NCBI GenBank assembly: GCA_038231135.1
Contig: JBBRLX010000012.1
Span: forward strand, 45,944-109,943
DNA: 64,000 nucleotides
DNA from: Candidatus Eiseniibacteriota bacterium
Lineage (GTDB): Bacteria; Eisenbacteria; RBG-16-71-46
Reading direction: 5' to 3'
Shown here: in pieces, positions 36,686 to 45,888 of the stretch
Layout of the letters: every line of letters starts with the position of its first letter
Numbering within the stretch: the first letter of the stretch is position 1
Position numbers and translations under genes: made by a program
The notes under the pieces: model-generated
What the model was told of the DNA's origin: nothing
Seen by the model: the letters and a program-made list of their open reading frames with translations, nothing else
Databases searched by the model: none

Positions 36686-39403
36686 ATGATCGCCCGTCTG
36701 GCACGCCTGCTAAAGCTCGAACCCGAGGAAACCCGGCTTGCGCTGGCGTTCGGGGCGGTGCTGTTCGTGCTCACGGCGTCCTACACGCTCGTCAAGACCG
36801 CGCGCGACGCGCTGTTCCTGGCCCACATGCCCGCGAACCGGCTGCCCTACGTCTATCTGGCCGTGGGCGTGCTCACGACGATCGCGGCCGTGGCGTATGC
36901 CCGCGTCACTCGCGGTCGCCGTGCGCTGCAGGCGCTCGAATGGGCGACCTGGTTCTCGGCCGCGGTCCTCGGCTGGTTCGCCTGGGGCATTCGCGGCGGG
37001 GCACACGTCACGGTGGTGGCGTTCTACCTGTGGGTCAACATCTATGGACTTATCTTGTTTTCGCAGTTCTGGCTGTACGCGAATGCAGCGTCCGATCCGC
37101 GGGAAGCGAAGCGCACGTTCGGCATGATCGGCACCGGGGGCATCATCGGCGGACTGGTGGGCGGCATCGTCGCTCCCGTGCTCGTCGGTCCGGGTGGCCT
37201 CCACTCGCTCGTGCTGCTGGCCGCGGTGTTGCTGCTGCTGGCGGCGGCGGCGTTGCGGTTCGCGTCGGAACGCCGCCGCTCGGCGATGCCTCAGGAGCCG
37301 CTGCCGGTCGACGACGCGGCCGGACCGTTCCGGAGTCGCTACGTGCGGTGGCTCGCGCTCGGGGCATTGTGTTCGGTGCTGGTGGGCACGCTGCTCGACT
37401 ACCAGTTCAAGGTCGAGCTCCAGCACCGCAACCCCTCGCCGAAGACGATCGCGTCGATGTTCGGATTGTTCTACACGTTCACGAATCTCGCCGCGATCGC
37501 CGTGCAGTTGTTCGTGTCGCGCTGGTCATTGCGCCGCCTCGGCGCCGGCTGGTCGGCGGGTCTGCTGCCCGCGGGGCTCACGGTGGGTGCGGCTGCCATG
37601 GCATTCGTCCCCGGGTTCGGCGCCGTGGTCGGAGCGCGGACCTGGGATCAGGTGCTGCGCATCTCGATCAACAAGCCCGCGAACGAGCTGCTGTTCTTCC
37701 CGCTGCCGGCCGGCGTGCGGCGCCGCGCCAAGGCGTGGATCGAATCGGGTCTCGAGCGGCTCGGCGACGCGTTCGCCGGCATCGTGATCCTCGCCACCGG
37801 CATGATGTTCGGATCGTCGGTGCGGGTGGTCGCGACGCTGATGCTGCTGCTGATCCTGGTGTGGGCGGTGGCGTGGATTCGCATCCGCCGCGGCTATGTG
37901 CGCGAGCTGGGACGCAACCTGCGGCGCCTGAATCTCGACCCGCGCGGCAGCCGGATCTCGCTGCGCGAATCCCACGTGCTCGAGGAGATGGCGCGGCTGG
38001 TCGACAGCCCTCACGAACGAATCGTGCTGCATGGCATCGAGCTGCTCGAGGAGTCCGCTCCGGAGCAACTGCGCGAGCGGGTGCCCGAGCTGCTGGATCA
38101 TCCGGTGGCCGCCGTGCGCGCGCGTGCGCTGCGCGCGATCGGGGCGAACGCCACGCCGGAGGTCGCGCTGCGCGTCGCGGCGATGCTCCACGATCCGGAT
38201 CCCGAGGTGCGCATGGCGGCGCTGCGGGTGCAATGCATGGTGGGTGGCGCGCCGTCGCTCGACACGGCGGAGGCGTTCCTCGGGTCCGACGACCCGCACC
38301 TGCGGCGCAGTGCGCTCGAGTGCATGGTCGAGGCGCGCGGCGCGGTGGAGGAGGACCGCGTCCGGCGCGTCATCGAACGCCGGCTCGACGGGGCGGACAC
38401 GGCCGACCGTGTGGCGATCGCCGAGGCGCTGGGCCGCCGCGAGCCGCCGACCCGCCTGCATGAGCTGCTGCCCCCGCTGGCGGACGATGCCGAGCTCACG
38501 GTGCGCAATGCCGCGATGGTGAGTGCCGGGCGCGCGGGATTGCGCATACTGGTGCCGCGGATGATCGCGTCACTGACCCAGCGCCACAGCCGCACGCCGG
38601 CGCGCACCGCGCTGGCGTCGTTTGGCGACCGCATCACGGGGACGCTCGGCGACTATCTCGCCGATCCGAGCTCGGATCTGGCGTTGCGCCGCGAACTGCC
38701 CCGCGTGCTCGGCGACATCGCGACTCCCGATGCCGTGATCGCGCTGATGCGCTACCGCGAGCGCGACGACGTGCGACTGTCGTACCGGGTGCTCAAGGCG
38801 ATGAACAAGATCCGCGCCCGCACCCGACAGGCGCGATTCCCGCGCGATCTGGTGAGCGCGGATCTCGAGCACGACGTGCGGAACTTCCTGTTCGCGTTCG
38901 TCCACTACCGCAGCTGTCCGATCGGCAACGTGCGGAGCGCCGAGCGCCTGCTGTGCATCGCTCTCAACGAGCGCATGGACCAGGCGCTCAATCGCATCTT
39001 CCGCCGCCTCGCGCTGATCTACCCGGCGGACGAGACCTACGCCGGCTACCGTGGCATCGTGTCCGACAACCCGCGACTGCGCGGCAACGCGCTCGAATAC
39101 ATCGAGAACGTGCTATCGGCGGAACACGCGGCACTGGTGCTGCCGCTGGTCGATGACTCCGGTGACGCGGGCCGGCTGCGGTTCGCGGATTCGCGATTCG
39201 GCATTCGGTTCGCCGGCTATCTGGAATCGCTGGGGGCGATCCTCGACCACGACGACGCCTGGCTCGCCATCTGCGCCCTGTACGTCGCCGGCTCGCAACG
39301 CGAGGGTTCGCTGCTGGACCACGTGGAACGGCAGACCGCATCGAACCACCCGCATGTCCGCGCAACCGCGCTGTGGGCGCAGGCGGCACTGGTGACGGCA
39401 TGA
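36686..39403 (+). CDS. NTT/TLC (ATP:ADP antiporter-like) MFS transporter fused to HEAT repeats
   Basis: YTLVKTARDALFL, FYLWVNI, SQFW.YAN...REAKR.FG.IG.GG, LLDYQFK, RISINKPANELLFFP; HEAT units (LLDHPVAAVRARAL, LHDPDPEVRMAAL). Confidence 0.85.
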   Translation: MIARLARLLKLEPEETRLALAFGAVLFVLTASYTLVKTARDALFLAHMPANRLPYVYLAVGVLTTIAAVAYARVTRGRRALQALEWATWFSAAVLGWFAWGIRGGAHVTVVAFYLWVNIYGLILFSQFWLYANAASDPREAKRTFGMIGTGGIIGGLVGGIVAPVLVGPGGLHSLVLLAAVLLLLAAAALRFASERRRSAMPQEPLPVDDAAGPFRSRYVRWLALGALCSVLVGTLLDYQFKVELQHRNPSPKTIASMFGLFYTFTNLAAIAVQLFVSRWSLRRLGAGWSAGLLPAGLTVGAAAMAFVPGFGAVVGARTWDQVLRISINKPANELLFFPLPAGVRRRAKAWIESGLERLGDAFAGIVILATGMMFGSSVRVVATLMLLLILVWAVAWIRIRRGYVRELGRNLRRLNLDPRGSRISLRESHVLEEMARLVDSPHERIVLHGIELLEESAPEQLRERVPELLDHPVAAVRARALRAIGANATPEVALRVAAMLHDPDPEVRMAALRVQCMVGGAPSLDTAEAFLGSDDPHLRRSALECMVEARGAVEEDRVRRVIERRLDGADTADRVAIAEALGRREPPTRLHELLPPLADDAELTVRNAAMVSAGRAGLRILVPRMIASLTQRHSRTPARTALASFGDRITGTLGDYLADPSSDLALRRELPRVLGDIATPDAVIALMRYRERDDVRLSYRVLKAMNKIRARTRQARFPRDLVSADLEHDVRNFLFAFVHYRSCPIGNVRSAERLLCIALNERMDQALNRIFRRLALIYPADETYAGYRGIVSDNPRLRGNALEYIENVLSAEHAALVLPLVDDSGDAGRLRFADSRFGIRFAGYLESLGAILDHDDAWLAICALYVAGSQREGSLLDHVERQTASNHPHVRATALWAQAALVTA

Positions 39404-40077
39404 TCGAAGACACTCTGACCCTGGTCGAGAAGACCGCGTTCCTCAAGAGCGTGCCGGTGCTGGCGTCGATCCCCACCGAGCCGCTCGCGGAGCTGGCGAG
39501 CCGCGCTCGTGAGATCTCGCTGGAACCGGGCGAGGTTGCGTTCCACGCCGGCGACGCGAATACCGGCTCGTACCTGATCATGGACGGGCTGCTGCAGTTG
39601 AAGCGCGGTGATGCCGTGGTCCGCGTGTTACGAAGCGGCATGGCGTTCGGCGAGCTGTGGCGTTCCGATCGCGAACCGCACCAATATCAGTTGATCGCGA
39701 TCGAGACCTCGCACGCGCTCAACTTCACCAGCGACGACGTGTTCGAGGCCATGAACGAGTACCCCGAGTTCGGCGTGGCGATGGTGCAGGCATTCGCCCT
39801 GCGCATTCACGAAGTGACGAGCCGCGTCCTGGACCTCGAGAGCGTCATCGCGCGATTGACCGAGGAGCTGGTGCGCCACGGCATCGAGCTGCCCGAGCTG
39901 CCGGCGTCGTTGATCGAGCCCATCACGCCGGGCGAGCAGTTGCTCGGAGGCACGTCGGCGCCGTGGCCCGGGTTGCCGACGGCTGCGGCAACGAAGGCTT
40001 CGGCCGGCGGGGCACCCGCCGCCGGACCCGTCGCGCCCGCGCCGTCCGGCACGCCCGGTACCGAACCCACTTCGTGA
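39400..40077 (+). CDS. Cyclic nucleotide-binding domain protein
   Basis: LTLVEKTAFLKSVPVLASIP, FHAGD, YLIMDG, GMAFGEL; ATGA overlap with the NTT-HEAT gene. Confidence 0.85.
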   Translation: MIEDTLTLVEKTAFLKSVPVLASIPTEPLAELASRAREISLEPGEVAFHAGDANTGSYLIMDGLLQLKRGDAVVRVLRSGMAFGELWRSDREPHQYQLIAIETSHALNFTSDDVFEAMNEYPEFGVAMVQAFALRIHEVTSRVLDLESVIARLTEELVRHGIELPELPASLIEPITPGEQLLGGTSAPWPGLPTAAATKASAGGAPAAGPVAPAPSGTPGTEPTS

Positions 40078-41480
40078 CCAAGCCGGACCCGGCGGCCGGA
40101 CCGGAGGTTCCCGTGCCGGGCGTGGTCGTCCGCCCGATCGGGCCGGAGTTGCTGCGGCTCGCGCTGCCGGTGCTCGCCTCGCAGCTACTGCGCGTCGGGT
40201 ATCAATGGGTGGACGCGCTGTGGGTCAAGGGCCTCGGCGTCGATGCCACCGCCGCCGTGACCACGTCCGTGTTCGTGATGTGGTCGGTCTATTCGCTGCA
40301 CGACGTGATCGGCCTCGGCGTGTCGCCGTTCGTGAGCCAGCTGCTGGGCGCCGGGGATCGGGACCGCGCGGGCGTCGCCGCGTTCAAAGGCGTGCGCGCG
40401 TCGGCGCTGCTCGGGCTCATCGGGACGTTCGCCGGCCTGTTCCTGGCGCGCCCGATCTATCACCTGATGCACGCCGATCCCGGCGTGGTCGATCAGGGCG
40501 GCCGGTACCTGTCGGTCGTGCTGTCGGCGGCGCCGCTGCCGATGATCGGCCTCACCTGCGAGGTGATCATGCGCGCCGCGGGCGACACGCGCACGCCGTT
40601 GATGATCGACCTGTTCGCGATCGGCCTCAACGCCGCGCTCGACCCGTTCCTGATCTACGGCTGGGGCCCGTTCCCGCGCATGGGCGTCGCCGGCGCCGCG
40701 TGGGCCACCGTGATCGCCCAGGCGGTGATGGTGGCGTGCTACCTGACCGTCGCGGCGCGCGGGCATCGCGCGTTCCCGTTCCGGCGCCGGGCGGCGGGGC
40801 CGCCGGTGCGCGTCGCGAGCATGGCGAAGGTCGGGTTCCCCGGGGCGATGATCGGGTTCCTGTTCTCCGTGGTGTACATCGCGTTTGCGCGGGCAGCCGG
40901 AGCGTTCGGTCCGGCCGCACTGGCCGTGGTCGGAGTGGCCAATCGCATCGAGGCGCTGCATTTCGTGAACTCGGTGGCGCTCGGCGGCGCGGGCGCGACG
41001 CTGGTCGGCCAGAACCTCGGCGCCCGCCGCCCCGATCGCGCGGTGCAGACGATCATGACCGCGAATCTGTGGAACCTGTGGATCTCGCTCGCGCTCATGA
41101 CCGCATTTCTGACGTGGCCCGAGATGTTCCTGCACCTGTTCTCGCGCGATCCCGGCGTGATCGCGCTCGGCGTCCCGTATCTGAGGGTGCTGGCGCTGTG
41201 CCTGCCGTTCGTGGGACTCGAGATCGTCACCGCGGAGTGCATCATCGGCTCCGGCCACACCGTCGCGATGTCGGTGATCTTCACCAGCGTCTCGATCCTG
41301 CGAATTCCGCTGGCGTTCCTCGTGCCGGGGTGGACCGGCACCGGGGTCGTGGGGATCGCGTGGCTGATCGTGGTGAGCGCCATTTTGCGCTCGAGCCTGA
41401 TCGTCGGCTGGGCTGCGCGCGGCACTTGGAAAGGCGGGCTGGCGAAGGAGCTGGGGAGTGGGGTGGATGTGACCGGCTGA
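40074..41480 (+). CDS. MATE family efflux transporter
   Basis: LLRLALP, VSQLLGAG, RAAGDTRTPL, NAALDPFLIYG, GVAGAAWAT, VGQNLGA; GTGA overlap. Confidence 0.92.
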   Translation: MTKPDPAAGPEVPVPGVVVRPIGPELLRLALPVLASQLLRVGYQWVDALWVKGLGVDATAAVTTSVFVMWSVYSLHDVIGLGVSPFVSQLLGAGDRDRAGVAAFKGVRASALLGLIGTFAGLFLARPIYHLMHADPGVVDQGGRYLSVVLSAAPLPMIGLTCEVIMRAAGDTRTPLMIDLFAIGLNAALDPFLIYGWGPFPRMGVAGAAWATVIAQAVMVACYLTVAARGHRAFPFRRRAAGPPVRVASMAKVGFPGAMIGFLFSVVYIAFARAAGAFGPAALAVVGVANRIEALHFVNSVALGGAGATLVGQNLGARRPDRAVQTIMTANLWNLWISLALMTAFLTWPEMFLHLFSRDPGVIALGVPYLRVLALCLPFVGLEIVTAECIIGSGHTVAMSVIFTSVSILRIPLAFLVPGWTGTGVVGIAWLIVVSAILRSSLIVGWAARGTWKGGLAKELGSGVDVTG

Positions 41481-41515
41481 CGTCGGTGCCAGACGCGCGC
41501 CGGCGGCCGCCCCGT

Positions 41516-43804
41516 CTACTCCGCCGCCATCACGCGCCGCTCGAGGCTCCGGAACCGTTCGTCGCCGCGAAGCGGGTCGAGGCGCGGGTGCACGCGGACC
41601 CACACCAGCGCGCGATCGCGCTCGCGGAACGCGCGTTCCAGCCACTCGATTGCCTGGTCGTTGTCTCCGAGACCCAGCAGGATCGCCGCGATCGCGTAAG
41701 CCGACACGAACCGGCGCGACGACTCGGCCTGCAGGTGCTCGAGGACGCGGCGCGCCTCGGCCGTGCGTCCGGCGCGGGCCAGCGTGTAGCCGATGCCGAC
41801 CGACGCCAGCGGGTTCGCGCCGCTGATCAGCCGCGCGCGCTCGAACGCCTCCAGCGCCTCGTCGTACTGGCCCGCCTGCGACAGCACCCGGCCCACATCG
41901 TTGATCGCCTGATAGAACGCGGGATCGATCTCGATCGTGTGGCGCAGCACTGCCAGCGCCTCGTCGTAGCGTCGCGCGAAGAAGTACGAGTCGCCGAGCG
42001 TAGTACCCATGATCGGGGCCTGAGGGTCCATCTCGTAGGCGCGACGCGCCTCGTCGATGCCGCGGTCGAACTCGCCGAGCGCGGACAGCAGCTCTGCGTA
42101 CCATTGGTGCGCGGTGGGATAGCCGGGCTGGAGTGCCAGCGCCTTGTCGTACGACTTCCGCGCCGCCTTCCAGTCCCAGTCGTAGAACATCTGCAGGGAT
42201 CCGAGCGATGTGTGGGCCTCACCGAGCTCGGGGTCGAGCTCCAGTGCACGCGCAAGGGCCGCCTTCGATTTCGCCGCGGCCTCGTGCGGCAGCATCGCGT
42301 TCATGTCGCCGAGCAGGTTGTAGGAATCCGCGATGCCCACGTACGGCTGCGGATAGTCGGGGTCGATCGCGATCGCCTGCTCGAACTGCGCGATGCCGCG
42401 GCGCATCTCGGTCTCGGTGCGGCGATTCCAATGGAACCGGCCCCGCAGATAGGCCTCGTACGCGCGCGGGTCGATCACCCGCGGCCCCCGCAGCCGAGAT
42501 TCCTCGCGGGGCGTGAGCTGCACACTCACTTCCTTTGCCACGCTGCACGCTGCCTCCGCCTGCAGCTCGAGCACGCCAGCCGTGGTGCCTTCGTACTGCT
42601 GTGCCCACAGCAGCCGGTCCGCGACCGCGTCGATGAGCTGGACGCTGATGCGCACGTTGTCCGCCGAGCGCTGGACGGAGCCTTCGATCACGCCCTGCAC
42701 TCCCAGCTCGCGCGCGATGTCCCGCACCGGCAGCGCCGTGTCCTTGTAGCGCATCGCCGTGGTACGCGAGATCACGCGCAGCGCTCCGATGCCGGCGAGG
42801 CTCGCGATCAGCGCCTCGGTCATGCCGTCGGCGAAGAACTCCTGCGCAGGATCGCCCGACAGGTTGACGAGCGGGAGCACGGCGAGCGATGTGATGGCGG
42901 CGCGTGCGCCCGGCACTGCCCCGGCCTCGTGGCGCGGCGGCACGGCGCTGCCGCCGCTGGTCGCGCGGGGCGCCCCGGCCATCTTGTCTTCGTTCCGCAG
43001 CTCCTCGGCGAGCTCCCTCGCGCTCGCGTGACGCTGCGCCGGATCCTTCGCGAGCGCACACAACACGGTCGAGGCGAACGCCTCGGACAATTCCTGGTGG
43101 GACTTTCGCGGCGACACCGGCGGCCGGTTGGCGATCGCATAGAGCAGCGCGGCCACGGTGTCGCCGGAATAGGGCCGGCCTCCGGTCGCGAGCTCGTAGA
43201 GGATCAGGCCAAGCGCATGGAGGTCCGCGGCCGGCCCTATGTCGCCGCCCGCGATCTGTTCCGGCGCCATGTACGCCAGCGTGCCCACCAAGGCGAGCGG
43301 CGCGGTCGCCGAGCGGGTCGCGTCGAAGTCGGCCGTGGTGACGCGGGCGAGCCCGAAGTCGAGCACCTTGGCGCGACCGTCGGGCGTCACGACCACGTTT
43401 CCCGGTTTCAAGTCGCGATGCACGACGCCGTGCGCGTGGGCGGCAGCGAGCGCGTCGGCGATCTGGGCGCCCAGCTCGCGAACGCGCGCTTCGGACAGCG
43501 GTCCGGCGGCGGCGACCGTCGCCAGCGTGTCCCCCGGCACGTACTCCATGACCATGAAGTCGGCGCCGTTCTCGTGATCGAACTCGTACACCGTCGCGAT
43601 GCCGGGATGATTGAGCCGCGACAGCGCGAGCGCCTCGGTCCGGAACCGGCCGCGGGTGGCCGCGTTCACGAGTGCGTCGGCATTGAGCATCTTGATCGCC
43701 ACCTCGCGCTCGAGCCGCTCGTCCCGGGCCAGGTACACCACCCCCATGCCTCCCGCGCCGAGGCGCCGCAGGACGCGATAGTGCGAGATCACCGTGTCGA
43801 TCAT
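41516..43804 (-). CDS. Ser/Thr protein kinase with TolB-like domain and TPR repeats
   Basis: LGAGGMGVVY, VAIK, HRDLKPGN, DFGLA, GTLAYMAPEQ; SLAVLPLVNLSGD..FFADGMTE; C-terminal TPRs. Confidence 0.95.
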   Translation of the reverse strand: MIDTVISHYRVLRRLGAGGMGVVYLARDERLEREVAIKMLNADALVNAATRGRFRTEALALSRLNHPGIATVYEFDHENGADFMVMEYVPGDTLATVAAAGPLSEARVRELGAQIADALAAAHAHGVVHRDLKPGNVVVTPDGRAKVLDFGLARVTTADFDATRSATAPLALVGTLAYMAPEQIAGGDIGPAADLHALGLILYELATGGRPYSGDTVAALLYAIANRPPVSPRKSHQELSEAFASTVLCALAKDPAQRHASARELAEELRNEDKMAGAPRATSGGSAVPPRHEAGAVPGARAAITSLAVLPLVNLSGDPAQEFFADGMTEALIASLAGIGALRVISRTTAMRYKDTALPVRDIARELGVQGVIEGSVQRSADNVRISVQLIDAVADRLLWAQQYEGTTAGVLELQAEAACSVAKEVSVQLTPREESRLRGPRVIDPRAYEAYLRGRFHWNRRTETEMRRGIAQFEQAIAIDPDYPQPYVGIADSYNLLGDMNAMLPHEAAAKSKAALARALELDPELGEAHTSLGSLQMFYDWDWKAARKSYDKALALQPGYPTAHQWYAELLSALGEFDRGIDEARRAYEMDPQAPIMGTTLGDSYFFARRYDEALAVLRHTIEIDPAFYQAINDVGRVLSQAGQYDEALEAFERARLISGANPLASVGIGYTLARAGRTAEARRVLEHLQAESSRRFVSAYAIAAILLGLGDNDQAIEWLERAFRERDRALVWVRVHPRLDPLRGDERFRSLERRVMAAE

Positions 43805-43871
43805 GGAGTGCAGGTTATCACCGCGGCGGCCCCGCTTCACGACGCGCGGCTTTGAGCGTAATCTCCCGCTC

Positions 43872-45071
43872 ATGGCCAAGTCCTACATCATCATCGGCGG
43901 CGGCAATGCCGCGGCTTCCGCAATCGAAGGCATTCGCGAGCACGATACCGACGGCTCGATCCTGTTGGTGTCGCGCGAGAACCATCTGCCGTACGAGCGT
44001 CCGCCGCTGTCCAAGGAGTTGTGGTTCGGCAAGAAGACGCTCGACGCGATCTCGCTGCACGACGAGGCGTGGTATCGCGAGCGCAGCGTCGAGGTCGCGC
44101 TGCGGCGCGAGGTCGTCGAAATCGATCCGGCACAGCATGCGGTGTGGGACGATCGCGGTGATCGCCACGACTACGACGCGTTGCTGATGGCCACGGGAAG
44201 CCGGCCGCGGCTGATGGGCGGAGCGGGAGTCGGAGTGGAAGGCATCCACTACTACCGGTCGCTCGAAGACTATCTGGTGCTCAGGGACCGGCTGCGCACG
44301 GTGCAGCACGTGCTGGTGGTGGGCGGCGGGTTCATCACGATCGAGATTGCCGCGGCCCTGCGCCACAACGGAGTCGAGGTCACGTTCGTCTACCCGCACG
44401 AGTATCCGCTGCAGCGCGTGCTGCCGCGCGAGCTCGGGCTGCACGTCGCCGAGTACTACCGGGAGAAGGGCATCGAGACACTGTCGGGCGACGCCATCAC
44501 CGGATTCGAGAATCGTCAGGGGCTGATCGAGGCGCAGACGCGCGGCGGGAATACGATCACCACCCAGCTCGTGCTCGTCGGCATCGGCGTGGAGCCGTCG
44601 GTCGAGCTGGCCGAGGCGTGCGGCCTCGAGGTCGGCAACGGCATCGAGGTCGACGAATTCGCGCGCACCTCGGACGCGAGCATCTGGGCCGCCGGCGACG
44701 TGGCCGGGTTCCCGTACCTGGCACTCGGCGAACGCACGCGCATCGAGCACTGGGACCACGCGGAGCATCATGGGCGTGCGGCCGGGGCCAACATGGCCGG
44801 CGCGAACAAGCCGTACGACCACCTGCCGTTCTTCTGGTCGGACTTCTTCGACATGGGCTGGGAGGCGGTCGGCGACACCGATTCGAGCCTCGAGATGGAC
44901 GTGATCTGGAACGAGCCGTTCAAGGAAGGCATGCTGTTCTACCTGCGCGAGGACGTCATCCGCGGGGTACTGATGTGGAACATGTGGGAGAAGGTCGAGT
45001 GGGCGCGCGACCGGATTCGCGAGGCCCGGCCCAGCACTCATGCCGAACGCGAAGCCTGGGTGCACGGCTGA
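43872..45071 (+). CDS. NAD(P)/FAD-dependent oxidoreductase (ferredoxin reductase / AIF-like)
   Basis: IIGGGNAA, PYERPPLSK, ATGSRPR, VVGGGFI, WAAGDVA, RIEHWDHA, PFFWSD. Confidence 0.92.
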   Translation: MAKSYIIIGGGNAAASAIEGIREHDTDGSILLVSRENHLPYERPPLSKELWFGKKTLDAISLHDEAWYRERSVEVALRREVVEIDPAQHAVWDDRGDRHDYDALLMATGSRPRLMGGAGVGVEGIHYYRSLEDYLVLRDRLRTVQHVLVVGGGFITIEIAAALRHNGVEVTFVYPHEYPLQRVLPRELGLHVAEYYREKGIETLSGDAITGFENRQGLIEAQTRGGNTITTQLVLVGIGVEPSVELAEACGLEVGNGIEVDEFARTSDASIWAAGDVAGFPYLALGERTRIEHWDHAEHHGRAAGANMAGANKPYDHLPFFWSDFFDMGWEAVGDTDSSLEMDVIWNEPFKEGMLFYLREDVIRGVLMWNMWEKVEWARDRIREARPSTHAEREAWVHG

Positions 45072-45093
45072 CGCGCGGAATGCGAGGTTCGTC

Positions 45094-45453
45094 GTGAGAC
45101 ACGTGTTGATTCTGACGCTGCTGATGGTGCTCGTTCCCGGCCCTGCGCCGGCGGGCGAGACGTTCGCGTGCAACCTCAGGGCGCTGACGCCCCGGGAGCG
45201 CGCCCGGCATGAAGAGCTGTCACGCATCCTGCTCGGAGCCGTACGAGAGCAGCAGGAGTTGCCGAACGGGTACGCGTTCCGCGTCGATCCGGGCCAGCTC
45301 GTGACTGCGGCGCGGTGGGTGTCGTTCGAGCGCCGCTGTTGCCCGTTCTTTTCGTTCGCGCTGGAACAGACCCGGGACGAGGGACCGCTGTGGGTGAAGG
45401 TCACGGGCCCGGCCGGCGTGAAACCGTTCATCCGCGCGGAATTCGGGATCTGA
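45094..45453 (+). CDS. Small exported/hypothetical protein with FAC and ERRCCPFF motifs
   Basis: GAGG RBS + GTG; signal-like N-terminus; ELPNGYAFR, ERRCCPFFSF (vicinal Cys). Confidence 0.65.
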   Translation: MRHVLILTLLMVLVPGPAPAGETFACNLRALTPRERARHEELSRILLGAVREQQELPNGYAFRVDPGQLVTAARWVSFERRCCPFFSFALEQTRDEGPLWVKVTGPAGVKPFIRAEFGI

Positions 45454-45454
45454 C

Positions 45455-45870
45455 GCGATTCTTACCCGCGTTCCAGTTCTCGCCGCCCGAGTCGCCACGG
45501 TGCTGTTGTTCGCCGCCACGGCCGCGTTCGCCAGCACGACATGACGTCGATGACTGCCCCCGCGCACCCGATGAAGTTCGCCGGCCTTGGCCCGCATCAC
45601 CGCGCGATCACCACTGCGTCGGAGCCGGCGCAGGGCTGGTTCGACCAGGGCCTGCGGCTGGTCTATGCGTTCAATCACGATGAAGCGCAGGCGCATCCGC
45701 AGGGCATGTATCAGATGTACGTGGCGCACAACCATCAGTTCCTGTGGGCGACGGCGATGATGCAGGGGCGCAGCGCCGAGGCAATCTCCGCCGCCCAGGC
45801 CGCCGTCGAGCCGCTGTCGCTCGACCTGCTGGGAATGATCCCGGGCATGGACATGGTGCGCCGACGTGAA
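45455..45870 (+). pseudogene. Remnant of a secreted TPR-family protein (frameshift, probable internal deletion, truncation)
   Basis: FDQGLRLVYAFNHDEA joined directly to Y..Y.AHNHQFL...MQGRSAEAI; the signal-peptide-like stretch is in another frame; no N-terminal start or proper C-terminus. Confidence 0.6.
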
Positions 45871-45888
45871 ACTGACAGCCACCGACTA

